Position numbers and translations under genes: made by a program. Source: an uncultured Verrucomicrobiae bacterium (GTDB taxonomy: Bacteria; Verrucomicrobiota; Verrucomicrobiia; Chthoniobacterales; Chthoniobacteraceae). Taken from it: a stretch of DNA of 64,000 nucleotides. The stretch covers positions 2,844,368 through 2,908,367 of the forward strand of contig OY970277.1 in assembly GCA_963715805.1 (NCBI GenBank), read 5' to 3'. Shown here one piece after another: positions 48,435 to 57,637 of the stretch (position 1 is the first letter of the stretch; each line of letters opens with the position of its first letter). The notes beneath the pieces are model-generated. The model saw only the letters and a list, made by a program, of their open reading frames with translations, searched no databases and was not told where the DNA came from.

Positions 48435-49756
48435 GGGAACGCCGTCAGGCACGCGATGAAGCCCGTCGCGAAATCCTGCGGCCGCGCCCGCACCCAGCGC
48501 CGGATGAGCGGCATGGGAAAAAATGCGCCGGACTCGATCTCGGAGGGCGCGAGGACGAACGGGCCTTCGTGTTCCGCCCGGTAGAGGTGGACGAATTCCT
48601 GCCCCGTCATGCCGGAGGCTGGCAGGGCGCCGACGAACGAGACCGCGGCTTCGACCCCGAGCTCCTCCCGGAGTTCGCGCACCGCCGTCGCGTCGTAGCC
48701 CTGGCCGGAATCGACATGGCCCGCCGCGCTCGAGTCCCACCGCAGCGGGTGGGCATCCTTCCACCGGGAACGTTTCTGGAGGAAGAGCTCCCCGGCCCGG
48801 TTGAAGACGAAGATGTGCACCGCGCGGTGGAGGAGCCGCTGCGTATGGACGTCGTGGCGCGACGCGCGGCCCACGACCCGGTCGTCGCCGTCCACCACGT
48901 CGAAGAATTCGCCGTGGACGTTCTGCGCGCCGCTCGCCCCGGCGGGCTTCACGGTATTCGCGAGCTCGATCCACTGGAGCGGGCTGAGTTCCTCCGCGCG
49001 CGCCTGCTCGGAGACGCCGGCCTTCGCGGCAAACGCCGGCCAGTCGAGGCCGTCCTGCGGCAGCAGCTTGCGGACTTGTTTGCGCCGCTGCGAGAACCCA
49101 GCCTTTACCAGCGCCTCGAAGGTAGGCCCGTCGCACTCGGGCAGCTCGCCGGGTTCGCGCGGCGCCATGGAGATGACGGCCGAATCCACGTTCGGTTTTG
49201 GCAGAAAAACGGAGCCGGAGAGGGTGCGCAGGTACTGCGCCCGCCAGCGCCGGTGCAGGATGACGGTCAGCGCCCCGTAATCCTTGGTGGAGGGCTGCGC
49301 GGTAAGCCGCTCGGCGAACTCGCGCTGGATGGTGAAGACCATACGCGTCACGGGCGAAGGCTCGGCGGCGAACTTGAAGAGGATGGGGCTCGTGATGCAG
49401 TAAGGCAGGTTGCCGAGCACCTTCACCGGCGCGCGCTCGAACAGCGTCCGGACATCGAAGTCCACGGCGTCGCCGTTGATGACCTCGACCCGGTCGGACG
49501 CGTAATGCGTCCGCAGGTAGTCCGCGAGCCGGCGATCCTTCTCGATGAGGATGGCCGATTTGCAGAGCTTCACCGCGCCTTCGGTGAGCGCGCCGAGCCC
49601 GGGGCCGATCTCGACCAGGGTGTCGCGAGGTTCGAGCTCGAGCTGGGCGGTGATCCACGCGGCGAGGTTCTGGTCGTGGAGGAAATTCTGACCGAGCCGT
49701 TTGCTGGGCCGCACATCCAGGTGCGCGAGTGTTTCCTGCAGGGTGGAGAGTTTCAC
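48431..49756 (-). CDS. rsmA: 16S rRNA (adenine1518/1519-N6)-dimethyltransferase fused in one frame to a C-terminal NUDIX hydrolase domain
   Basis: KsgA part RLGQNFLHDQN...EIGPGLGALT...; then with no stop ...NVHGEFFDVVDGDDRVVGRASRHDVH..LLHRAVHIFVFNRAGELFLQKRS...GHVDSGQGYDATAVRELREELGV (Nudix box-like). Confidence 0.8.
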   Translation of the reverse strand: MKLSTLQETLAHLDVRPSKRLGQNFLHDQNLAAWITAQLELEPRDTLVEIGPGLGALTEGAVKLCKSAILIEKDRRLADYLRTHYASDRVEVINGDAVDFDVRTLFERAPVKVLGNLPYCITSPILFKFAAEPSPVTRMVFTIQREFAERLTAQPSTKDYGALTVILHRRWRAQYLRTLSGSVFLPKPNVDSAVISMAPREPGELPECDGPTFEALVKAGFSQRRKQVRKLLPQDGLDWPAFAAKAGVSEQARAEELSPLQWIELANTVKPAGASGAQNVHGEFFDVVDGDDRVVGRASRHDVHTQRLLHRAVHIFVFNRAGELFLQKRSRWKDAHPLRWDSSAAGHVDSGQGYDATAVRELREELGVEAAVSFVGALPASGMTGQEFVHLYRAEHEGPFVLAPSEIESGAFFPMPLIRRWVRARPQDFATGFIACLTAFP

Positions 49757-49823
49757 GAATCCGGCACTCTAGGACAGTATCCAGGGCAACACGAACCCCT
49801 TTGTTGCTCCTGCCGGGAGGGTT

Positions 49824-50585
49824 TCGCGCCAAGGTCGCCGAAGGGGGAAAAAGGAGGGGCTCTGTACCTGACCCGAAAGAAAACCTTGGCGTCCTTTGCG
49901 TCCTTGGCGCGAGACCTCTTCGAGCGAGACTGACCTCTGGGGGGGGTCGCGCCAAGGTCGCCAAGGACGCCAAGGGGGGAAGGGAGGAGGGCTCCGTACT
50001 GACCGAAAGAAAACCTTGGCGCCCTTCGCGTCCTTGGCGCGAGACCTCTTCGAGCGAGACTGACCTGGGGGGGGCGCGCCAAGGTCGCCAAGGACGCCAA
50101 GGGGGGAAGGAAGGAGGGCTCCGTACCTGACCGAAAGAAAGCCTTGGCGTCCTTCGCGTCCTTGGCGCGAGACCTCTTTGAGCGAGACTGACCTCTGGGG
50201 AGGGGTCGCGCCAAGGTCGCCAAGGACGCCAAGGGGGGAAGGAAGGAGGGCTCTGTACCTGACCGAAAGAAAGCCTTGGCGTCCTTCGCGTCCTTGGCGC
50301 GAGACCTCTTCGAGCGAGACTGACCTCTGGGGGGGGTCGCGCCAAGGTCGCCAAGGACGCCAAGGGGGGAAGGAAGGAGGGCTCGTGTACCTGACCGAAA
50401 GAAAACCTTGGCGTCCTTTGCGTCCTTGGCGCGAGACCTCTTTGAGCGAGACTGACCTCTGGGGAGGGGTCGCGCCAAGGTCGCCAAGGACGCCAAGGGG
50501 GGAAGGAAGGAGGGCTCTGGACCTGACCGAAAGAAAACCTTGGCGTCCTTTGCGTCCTTGGCGCGAGACCCTCTTGGCGCGAGAT
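49824..50585. repeat. tandem array of about 6.3 units of a ~121-bp repeat, each unit with a ~27-bp-stem imperfect hairpin
   Basis: Unit gcgccaaggtcgccaaggacgccaagg-ggggaaggaaggagggctccgtacctgaccgaaagaaaa-ccttggcgtcctttgcgtccttggcgc-gagacctcttcgagcgagactgacctctggggggggtc, copies differ only by SNPs. Confidence 0.9.
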
Positions 50586-50606
50586 TTTCGTGGTCCGACG
50601 CGGGTG

Positions 50607-51629
50607 TCAGGCCGGGATGAGCGCGTCCAGCTTTTCCTTGAGGAGGGCGATGCCTTTTTCCTCGCCGGCGGCGATGGGGACGATGGTGCGCTTGCGGTGG
50701 CGGGCCTTGAAGTGTTTCAGGTTTTCGGCGGCGCCGGGGAGGTCCATCTTGTTGGCGACGACGATCCAGGGGCGCTTGAAGAGCTGGGGATCGTAGAGCT
50801 TCAGTTCCTTGCGCAGGGTGGCGAGGTCGGCGATGGGGTTGCGGCCTTCGCTCCCTGCCATGTCGAGGACGAAGACCAGGAGCTTGCAGCGGACGATGTG
50901 GCGCAGGAAATCGTGCCCCAGGCCGACGTCGTGGTGAGCGCCTTCGATGAGGCCGGGTATATCGGCCACAGTGGCGCGTTTGTAGCCGGGAAAATCGACG
51001 ACGCCGATCATGGGATGCAGGGTGGTGAACGGGTAGGGGGCGACCTTTGGGTGCGCGGAGGAGATCCGGCCCAGGAGGGTGGATTTCCCGGCGTTCGGGA
51101 AGCCGATGAGGCCGGCGTCGGCGATCTTTCGCAGCTCGAGGTAGAAATAGCCTTCCTCGCCGGGGATGCCTTCGGTGTATTGGCGCGGAACGCGGTTGCG
51201 GGAGCTCTTGAAGTGGACGTTGCCCCTGCCGCCTTCGCCGCCCTTGCAGAGGACGAGGTCCTGCCCCGCCTTGTCGAGATCGGCGACCAGTTCCAGCTCG
51301 GCGACGGCGTCCTGCGGCGCCTTCACGGCCAGCGGGGCGCGGTAAACGAGCGTGCCAGGAGGGACGTTGTATATCCTGGAGTGCGCGGCGCGGCCGTAAC
51401 ACTTCTTGCCGAGGCCGTTGCCGCCCTTTTTGGCTTTAAGGATCGGCTCGTAGAAGAGGGCGGTGAGGTTGTCCACGTTCTCATCCACCCGCAGGATGAT
51501 GTCGCCGCCCCGGCCGCCGTCGCCGCCGTCCGGGCCGCCCTTTGGGATGAACTTTTCCCGGCGAAAACTGACGCACCCGCAGCCTCCGTCGCCGGCCTTG
51601 GCGAAGACCCTTATATGATCGACGAACAA
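50607..51629 (-). CDS. obg: GTPase ObgE/CgtA
   Basis: MFVDHIRVFAKAGDGGCGCVSFRREKFIPKGGPDGGDGGRGGDI..., G-domain GFPNAGKST. Confidence 0.95.
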   Translation of the reverse strand: MFVDHIRVFAKAGDGGCGCVSFRREKFIPKGGPDGGDGGRGGDIILRVDENVDNLTALFYEPILKAKKGGNGLGKKCYGRAAHSRIYNVPPGTLVYRAPLAVKAPQDAVAELELVADLDKAGQDLVLCKGGEGGRGNVHFKSSRNRVPRQYTEGIPGEEGYFYLELRKIADAGLIGFPNAGKSTLLGRISSAHPKVAPYPFTTLHPMIGVVDFPGYKRATVADIPGLIEGAHHDVGLGHDFLRHIVRCKLLVFVLDMAGSEGRNPIADLATLRKELKLYDPQLFKRPWIVVANKMDLPGAAENLKHFKARHRKRTIVPIAAGEEKGIALLKEKLDALIPA

Positions 51630-51630
51630 G

Positions 51631-52005
51631 CTACTTCTTCCAGTCCAGGGCGCCCTTCTTTATCGCATAGACGTAACCCACCGTCAGGATGCCGGCGAAG
51701 CTGAGCATGCTCCAGAAGATGACGGGGTGATGCGCGCGGACGAACTCCCGGAAGACCATGGCCCACGGGTACATGAAGACGATCTCGATATCGAAGAGGA
51801 TGAAGAGCATCGCCACCTGGTAGAATTTCACGCTGAAGCGCGGCTGCGCCCCGCCCTGGGGGAGCATGCCGCACTCGTACGCGGTGCCCTTTATCGGGTT
51901 CGTCTTGCCCGCTTTCCCGAGGATGACGCTGACCAGGAGGGCGGACGCGGCAAAGCCGAGCGCCACCACCGTCTGGATGAGGATGGGCAGGTAGTCTTTT
52001 ATCAC
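51631..52005 (-). CDS. nuoA: NADH-quinone oxidoreductase subunit A, probable GTG start
   Basis: YECGMLP...FSVKFYQVAMLFILFDIEIVFMYPWA. Confidence 0.75.
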   Translation of the reverse strand: MIKDYLPILIQTVVALGFAASALLVSVILGKAGKTNPIKGTAYECGMLPQGGAQPRFSVKFYQVAMLFILFDIEIVFMYPWAMVFREFVRAHHPVIFWSMLSFAGILTVGYVYAIKKGALDWKK

Positions 52006-52048
52006 GGTTCCGTGCGGGGTTCCGGAGAAGGACGGGGCGCGCCGGCGC

Positions 52049-52366
52049 CTAGTGGACGGCGGCCGGGGCGGCAGCCGCGGCGGGCGCCGTGACCACGGTG
52101 GCAAGGGCCGAGGAGAGGCCGCGGTATTTCTTGCCGTTCTTCTTCACCATGCCGCGCTGGACAAGGTTCTGGAGCTTCTCGTAGGCGCGCAGGCGCAGCA
52201 TTTCCTCGCCCCCGCTGGCGGCGTTGCGGTTGCGCAGATTTTCGTGGACGATCTCGAACAATTGTTTGAATTCGAAAGAGCTTTTCTGCAGGAGGACAGC
52301 GACCAGTTCCTCTGTCACTAAATCAGGAAGACGACGTGAAAAAGCGTTTTTCTTTTGAATAGCCAT
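52049..52366 (-). CDS. hypothetical small protein
   Basis: 105-aa ORF co-directional with nuoA-obg. Confidence 0.35.
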   Translation of the reverse strand: MAIQKKNAFSRRLPDLVTEELVAVLLQKSSFEFKQLFEIVHENLRNRNAASGGEEMLRLRAYEKLQNLVQRGMVKKNGKKYRGLSSALATVVTAPAAAAAPAAVH

Positions 52367-52452
52367 AGGGCGGGCAATATAACACGCTCCGGCGCGAACA
52401 CGAGGGATTTGTATTACACAGCCCCTGCGAGGAGCCCGGACAGCCAGCCCTG

Positions 52453-54213
52453 TCAGGGAACTTTTGGACTCGGCGCGGGCGCGGCGGGGGGCGGCAGGAT
52501 GGCGCGCATGTCCTGAAGCCGGGCCTTCAGGGTGGGCAGCACCGCGATGCCGCCTCCGATGGCGACGCTGCCGAGCAATTCGGTAAAAGTGACGGTTCCC
52601 GCGGACTCGACGAGCCTGCCATCTTCCGTGGCGGAGGTGGAATAGACGATCGGGCCCAGGTGCCGCATGAGGGTCTCCGTGGAAGGAAGTTTGTTTGGGT
52701 CAACGTACTCCAGCAGCTTCGGCTGGAAGTTCGCCCAGAGGATCGCGAAGGGCCGCAGGGTGCCATATACGCGTTCGCAAAGGGCTTGGCCGTCGATATA
52801 TACAAAGGAGCGGGATGGTTTCGAGACCAGCCCAGCCGCAGCCTGGAAAGCGGCCGTCTTCGGGAGGCTTGCTCCAGAGGAGGCGGGGTTGGCGGCGTTT
52901 TGCACGGCGGCTTTGACCTCGTCGAAATTCGGGCCGAGGAAGAGGAATTTATCCGTCAGGGCCAGCGAGGGGGTGATGGTGGGAATCTGCGAGGAGCTCA
53001 TGACGTAGTAGTGCGTGCCGTCCAACTGCCGGTGGGCCCACGCCGCGCCGAGCGGGCCCGCGAAGAGGGTGTCGAGCAACGCCTTCGCCTTGCCGGCGTC
53101 CCGCACGTCCAGGGAGAAGAGCAGGGAGGGCTGGGGATAGCCCGAAGGCCAGTCCATCAGGGACGAGAGTTCGGGGCCGAATGCGGCTTCGAAGTCCGCC
53201 GCACCAAACCCCAGCCGGGGGAGCGCGAAGCCGGGCGGCATCCACGGCGCGGCGGCGGCGGCCGCCCCGGCGGGAAGCCGGATGTGGCCGAGAACGGCTG
53301 CGCCATAGAAAAGGGTGTTGGTCGAGGTGAGGAGGAGCGCCGAGCGCGCCATCGGCGTCTCGCCTTTCCCGGAGGGCGCCAGGACGAAGAGGGCGTCCCG
53401 GAGGTTCTCGCCGTCCAGCTTCACGGCCGCGGCTGCGCCGTGGATGGCCTTGATCTGATCCACCTCAGCCGCCTGAACCTGGGCGCCCGCCGCGGTGGCA
53501 AGCGAGAGCAGGCGCTGCGTCACCGTCTCGGGCTGCACGTAGAGGATGCCGTCGCTCTCGGCCGGGAGATGCTTCAGGCTCGCCTTGTAGCGGGGCTCGT
53601 CTTCGAGCGTTCCGCCGGGCGCGTCGCCCTTGCCCTCGACGCGGTCGATGGTCGTCTTGAGCAGCGCGAGATCGTCGGCGACCAGGTACCATTCCTTGTC
53701 GAACGCGGCTGCGAACACGAGGTCCCCGTTGGTAAAGGTCTCGATCTCGACCGAGCCGTACTTCGCCAGGTCGGCCTTCCCTGCGGGCCAGGCGGCGTGG
53801 ATCCTGTTCCGGGCGTCGTCCAGCAGCGGGTCGAGGTCTTCCTTCTTTCCCTTGAACTTCAGGCCCGCCACGAACCGCGGTATCTCTTCCTGGATCGAGG
53901 CGAGGGCGAAGAACGCCTCCCTCGGTTTGAGGTCCGCAATCTTGCGGGCCTTGTCGCGGGTGGCGTCGAGGCCCGGCACCTTGGACGCGGGCCGCTCCAG
54001 GAAAGCCGCAACCTCCGGCTCCTGACCGAGTTTATGGAGGGCGGTCGCCTCCCAGCGTTCCTGCGTGCGCTGGATGTCCGGGAGATCGACGAAGAGCACG
54101 GTGGCCGCGGGCGCGAGCTTCGGCGCTGCGACTCCGGCGTCCTGCCGCAGGAAGTAGAACGCTGCCCCGGCCGCGAGCAGGAGGAGAAGCAGGAGGACGA
54201 CGCCCTTTTTCAT
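52453..54213 (-). CDS. membrane-anchored hypothetical protein
   Basis: N-terminal TM MKKGVVLLLLLLLAAGAAFYFL; 586 aa. Confidence 0.45.
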   Translation of the reverse strand: MKKGVVLLLLLLLAAGAAFYFLRQDAGVAAPKLAPAATVLFVDLPDIQRTQERWEATALHKLGQEPEVAAFLERPASKVPGLDATRDKARKIADLKPREAFFALASIQEEIPRFVAGLKFKGKKEDLDPLLDDARNRIHAAWPAGKADLAKYGSVEIETFTNGDLVFAAAFDKEWYLVADDLALLKTTIDRVEGKGDAPGGTLEDEPRYKASLKHLPAESDGILYVQPETVTQRLLSLATAAGAQVQAAEVDQIKAIHGAAAAVKLDGENLRDALFVLAPSGKGETPMARSALLLTSTNTLFYGAAVLGHIRLPAGAAAAAAPWMPPGFALPRLGFGAADFEAAFGPELSSLMDWPSGYPQPSLLFSLDVRDAGKAKALLDTLFAGPLGAAWAHRQLDGTHYYVMSSSQIPTITPSLALTDKFLFLGPNFDEVKAAVQNAANPASSGASLPKTAAFQAAAGLVSKPSRSFVYIDGQALCERVYGTLRPFAILWANFQPKLLEYVDPNKLPSTETLMRHLGPIVYSTSATEDGRLVESAGTVTFTELLGSVAIGGGIAVLPTLKARLQDMRAILPPPAAPAPSPKVP

Positions 54214-54626
54214 GAGCGGCCGGCGCCAGGCTGCTGGGTGAACTCGGCCACGTGGAATCGTTTTTCGAGGAGGAGTTCGTCGCCGGCCAGCAATTCAAAG
54301 GTGTAGAGCCCCGGGCGCTCGAAGACGATGTTGCGAAAGTTGAAGCCGATCTCGACCACCTGGTTGGGATCGGCGAACTGGAATGCGCCGGCCGCCTTGA
54401 AGATTTCCAACTGATCCTCGACGCGCAGGCAGCGCAGCTCGCCGCTCATCTCGCCGCGGCCGTTCGTCATCGCGGCATACACGCATATTTTCGGGTGCTG
54501 CATCGGGAAGTGGTCGGACACGATGCCGTTGAAGGTGCCGATGAGAGATTTTTTGTTCGTCCCCGCTTCGTTGATGATCTCGTCGCAGATGATCAGCGCT
54601 TCGGCGATCGGCCTTTCGTTCGACAT
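54210..54626 (-). CDS. hypothetical protein (translationally coupled to downstream gene)
   Basis: 138-aa ORF, ATGA overlap. Confidence 0.4.
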   Translation of the reverse strand: MSNERPIAEALIICDEIINEAGTNKKSLIGTFNGIVSDHFPMQHPKICVYAAMTNGRGEMSGELRCLRVEDQLEIFKAAGAFQFADPNQVVEIGFNFRNIVFERPGLYTFELLAGDELLLEKRFHVAEFTQQPGAGRS

Positions 54627-54630
54627 ATTA

Positions 54631-57210
54631 TTATAAAGGGGCGGAGACCGTCTTCTGGAGTTGGTATTCGGGGAAATGGCTTTGGAGGTTGTTCAGCACC
54701 TTTTCCGCCTCGACGTCTTTGCCCGCTTTTTTCAGGGCCTCGTACGCTTTCTCGAGCGCGAGCGGGGTGATCTCCGCGTCATCGGAGAAGATGAGCGAGA
54801 CGCTCTGGAAGACCTTGGCGGCTTCGTCGTAGCGGCCGCTGGCCATATCGATGTCGCCGGAAAGGAGGCGGCCCTTCGCGTTCAGGACCCCTTCGGGCTG
54901 GAGCGCGAGCGCGTCCTCCGCGGATTTCCTGGCATCGTCGAATTGCGAGAGGCCGAGCTGCGCCTGGCCCAGGGCGAGCAGGCCCGTGGCTTTCGGCACG
55001 GGCTCTGGGCCCGAGAGCTTCAGGTAGCTGCCGAACGCCTTCTCCGCGTCGCCGAATTTGCCGGCCCGGCTGAGGGCGGTGCCGAGCAGCAGCCAGTCCG
55101 CCGGGGTCGCGTCCGGCCTGGCGGTGAGTTCGCCGAGATACTTCTGCGAGTCCGCGAAGTCGTTGGCCTTGAAGAAATCCCCGCCGAGCGCGCGCAGGAT
55201 TTCGGCGGGCACCTTGCCCTTGCCGCCGCCTTTCATATAACGATCCACCTCCCTGGCCAGCGGCACGCGCTGGTCGCCGAGGTTATAATAGGAGAGCATG
55301 ATCTTGAAGGTCGCCTTTTCGAAAAACTGGTCCTTGTCCAATTTTCGCGCGGCTTCCAGGGGCTGGATGGCCCCTCTGTAATCCTTCGCGTCGTACGCGG
55401 CCCAGCCGATGCAGTAGTTCGCATTCGCGGCGGCCGGGGTCTTCGGGTAATCCTGGAGCAACAGCGCGAACGCGCCGGACATGCCCTTGTTGTCATCCTG
55501 CTTGCCGAGGATGCGCGCTTTCTGTTCCAGGGCGAACTCGCGTTCCGGCGCCTTCGGGTAGCGGTCGATGAGCTCGTCGCAATCCTTCAACGCCGAGGGG
55601 AGGTCGGAGAGGCTTTCGTAAGCCAGGGCGCGCTGCGCGAGCGCCTTGGGCACGAGCTTGTTGTCGTTGTATTCGGTGATGAAATCCGAGAACGCCTTTA
55701 CCGCCTTGTCATTCTCGTGCGTCTGCACGCGGCTCCAGCCGAGCTTGAACTGCGCATCGGCCCGGAACGTGTCGGAGAGCACCGAGCTTTGCACGCTCTC
55801 GTAGAGCGGCGCGGCGTGCGCGAAGTCGTTATTCTTAAAAAAATATTCGGCCTTCAGCAGCGCGAGCTGGTCTTTCTTTTCCGACTCGGGATTCAGCGCG
55901 AGGTAGGCGTCCACCTCCTTCACGAGGTCGGGGTCGCCCGCGGAATAGAGCGTGAGCAGCCGCGTGTAGCGCGCTTCCTTCGCGGCGGTCGAGTCGGGGA
56001 ACCCGGCGATGATCTGTTCGAAGATCGTCCGGGCCGCGGCCTGGTCTCCGAGCTGCCGGTAAGCGCTCGCGGCCAGCAGCATCGCATCCGGTTTTTCCTC
56101 CGGGGAGAGGTCGCTCTCGCTCATGGCGTAGGTCTGGAGGAAGTCCTTGTACTTGCCGGAGTTGTAGTCGATCCGCAGCAGGCCGAACTCGGCGGCCTCC
56201 TTGAAATGGCCGATCTCCGGCAGCGCCAGCGCCTTTTTCAACTCGACGGCGGCCTTCGCGTTGTCGCCGAGGTCGAGCTCGATGAGGGCCGCTTTCACCG
56301 TGGCCTCGGCTTTCGCCGCCGGCTGGGTCGTCTCGGCGGCGATGGCCTGGTACTGGGTAAGGGCTTCGTTCTTCTGCCCGAGGTCGAGCTGGAGCCGGGC
56401 GAGCGAGAACCGGCTCACATCCACGAAAGGGTTGTTCGCCTTGTCCACGAGCAGGGTCTGGTAGATGTCGCACGCCTCGTTCGGGTGGTGCAGGTTCTCC
56501 AGGCAGCGGGCTTCGTAGAACTTGGCGGCGTTGGCGACCGCGGGATCCTTCTCGCGGACGGAGGCCTGGCGGAAATAGGGGAGCGCGTCATCATAATCCT
56601 TTTCCTGGAAGAAGAGGTCCGCGAGCCGGTAGGCGGCGGGGCCGATGAAGTCGCCCGCGGTGAAGCTGGCCAGGAGCATCGTATAGCTGTTCTTGGCGGA
56701 GTTCAGGTTGCCCATCTTGCTGTAACATTCGCCGAGGCGGAAGAGGGCCGTCTGCCGGTCGGCGCCGTTCCCGTAGATGCCGAGGTAGCGCTCGTATTCG
56801 GGCGCGGCCAGCTCGTAGAGTTTCCGCGCGTAGAGGCCGTTGGCGACGCTGATCTGCGCCTTCTCGGGCGACTGGCCGACGTTGGGCGCGACGCGGATGT
56901 CGTCCGGATTCGAAGGTTCGGCGGCCTCGGGCGGCGGCGCGGGTCGCAGGGCGGGTGCTGAAGGCGAGGCGGCGGCGGGGCGCACCGGGCGCTGCGGGTT
57001 GTCGAAGTCGAACGGCACCGCCGGCGGGGTGGGCGGCCCGGGCGGGGCTGGGGTGGCAGCCTGCTGCGCCGCGGCGGGAGACGGGACGGGATTGACGGGC
57101 TCGGCCCTGCGCACGGGCACTTCGAACGCCTGCCCGTAAAGGAACGGCTGGAATGGCTGGAGCGGCTGGAGGAGCGCCAAGACTGCCAGGAAGACCGTGG
57201 CGGGGCGCAC
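54631..57210 (-). CDS. secreted tetratricopeptide-repeat protein with TonB-like Pro-rich N-terminal region (probable GTG start; alternative ATG 57282)
   Basis: Signal-like VRPATVFLAVLALLQPLQP, Pro-rich PVNPVPSPAAAQQAATPAPPGPPTPPAVP, then many TPR units. Confidence 0.6.
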   Translation of the reverse strand: MRPATVFLAVLALLQPLQPFQPFLYGQAFEVPVRRAEPVNPVPSPAAAQQAATPAPPGPPTPPAVPFDFDNPQRPVRPAAASPSAPALRPAPPPEAAEPSNPDDIRVAPNVGQSPEKAQISVANGLYARKLYELAAPEYERYLGIYGNGADRQTALFRLGECYSKMGNLNSAKNSYTMLLASFTAGDFIGPAAYRLADLFFQEKDYDDALPYFRQASVREKDPAVANAAKFYEARCLENLHHPNEACDIYQTLLVDKANNPFVDVSRFSLARLQLDLGQKNEALTQYQAIAAETTQPAAKAEATVKAALIELDLGDNAKAAVELKKALALPEIGHFKEAAEFGLLRIDYNSGKYKDFLQTYAMSESDLSPEEKPDAMLLAASAYRQLGDQAAARTIFEQIIAGFPDSTAAKEARYTRLLTLYSAGDPDLVKEVDAYLALNPESEKKDQLALLKAEYFFKNNDFAHAAPLYESVQSSVLSDTFRADAQFKLGWSRVQTHENDKAVKAFSDFITEYNDNKLVPKALAQRALAYESLSDLPSALKDCDELIDRYPKAPEREFALEQKARILGKQDDNKGMSGAFALLLQDYPKTPAAANANYCIGWAAYDAKDYRGAIQPLEAARKLDKDQFFEKATFKIMLSYYNLGDQRVPLAREVDRYMKGGGKGKVPAEILRALGGDFFKANDFADSQKYLGELTARPDATPADWLLLGTALSRAGKFGDAEKAFGSYLKLSGPEPVPKATGLLALGQAQLGLSQFDDARKSAEDALALQPEGVLNAKGRLLSGDIDMASGRYDEAAKVFQSVSLIFSDDAEITPLALEKAYEALKKAGKDVEAEKVLNNLQSHFPEYQLQKTVSAPL

Positions 57211-57214
57211 TACG

Positions 57215-57628
57215 TCACTCCGGCCTTCCCGTGGCGAAGGCGATGTTGTAGATGTTCGCGGAGCGGCACATATCCAGGACATCGACGATGTATTTGTAGT
57301 TCACCTTCTGGTCGCCGCGGACGATGACGGCGTAGTCGGGGTAGAGCTTCGCGAGCTGCTTCAGCTTCTCGGCCAGGTCGGCGGGGGCGATCTGCTTGCG
57401 GTTCATCATGATGGAGCCGTCCGAGCGAATGTTGACGACCGTCTGGTCCATGTACGAGGGCGACTGCTTGGCCTGGGTGGCGTTTGGCACCTTCACGTCG
57501 AGGTCGTACTCGGTCAGCGCGAAGTTCCACGTGACGATGAAGAACACCAGCAGCACCAGGAGGATGTCCACCATCGGGGCGATCTGGAAGCCGAACGTCT
57601 GCGGCAGTGCGCGCTGGCGTAGGTTCAT
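57215..57628 (-). CDS. exbD: biopolymer transport protein ExbD/TolR
   Basis: FQIAPMVDILLVLLVFFIV. Confidence 0.85.
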   Translation of the reverse strand: MNLRQRALPQTFGFQIAPMVDILLVLLVFFIVTWNFALTEYDLDVKVPNATQAKQSPSYMDQTVVNIRSDGSIMMNRKQIAPADLAEKLKQLAKLYPDYAVIVRGDQKVNYKYIVDVLDMCRSANIYNIAFATGRPE

Positions 57629-57637
57629 GCGCGGCCC

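Noticed and set aside
47079-50363. Single 1094-aa minus ORF
   Set aside because: Composite of bioA + ksgA-NUDIX (separate genes joined by ATGA overlap) read on into the tandem-repeat array; the N-terminal part (49757-50363) is repeat-derived
49824-50585. Tandem array as a CRISPR locus
   Set aside because: Both repeat and spacer portions are conserved between units (only SNPs), the period is ~121 bp and there are no cas genes; it is a satellite-like tandem repeat
49753-51704. 549-aa minus ORF (49753..51402) and 508-aa plus ORF (50178..51704) across the repeat array and obg
   Set aside because: Open frames created by the tandem repeats and antisense of obg
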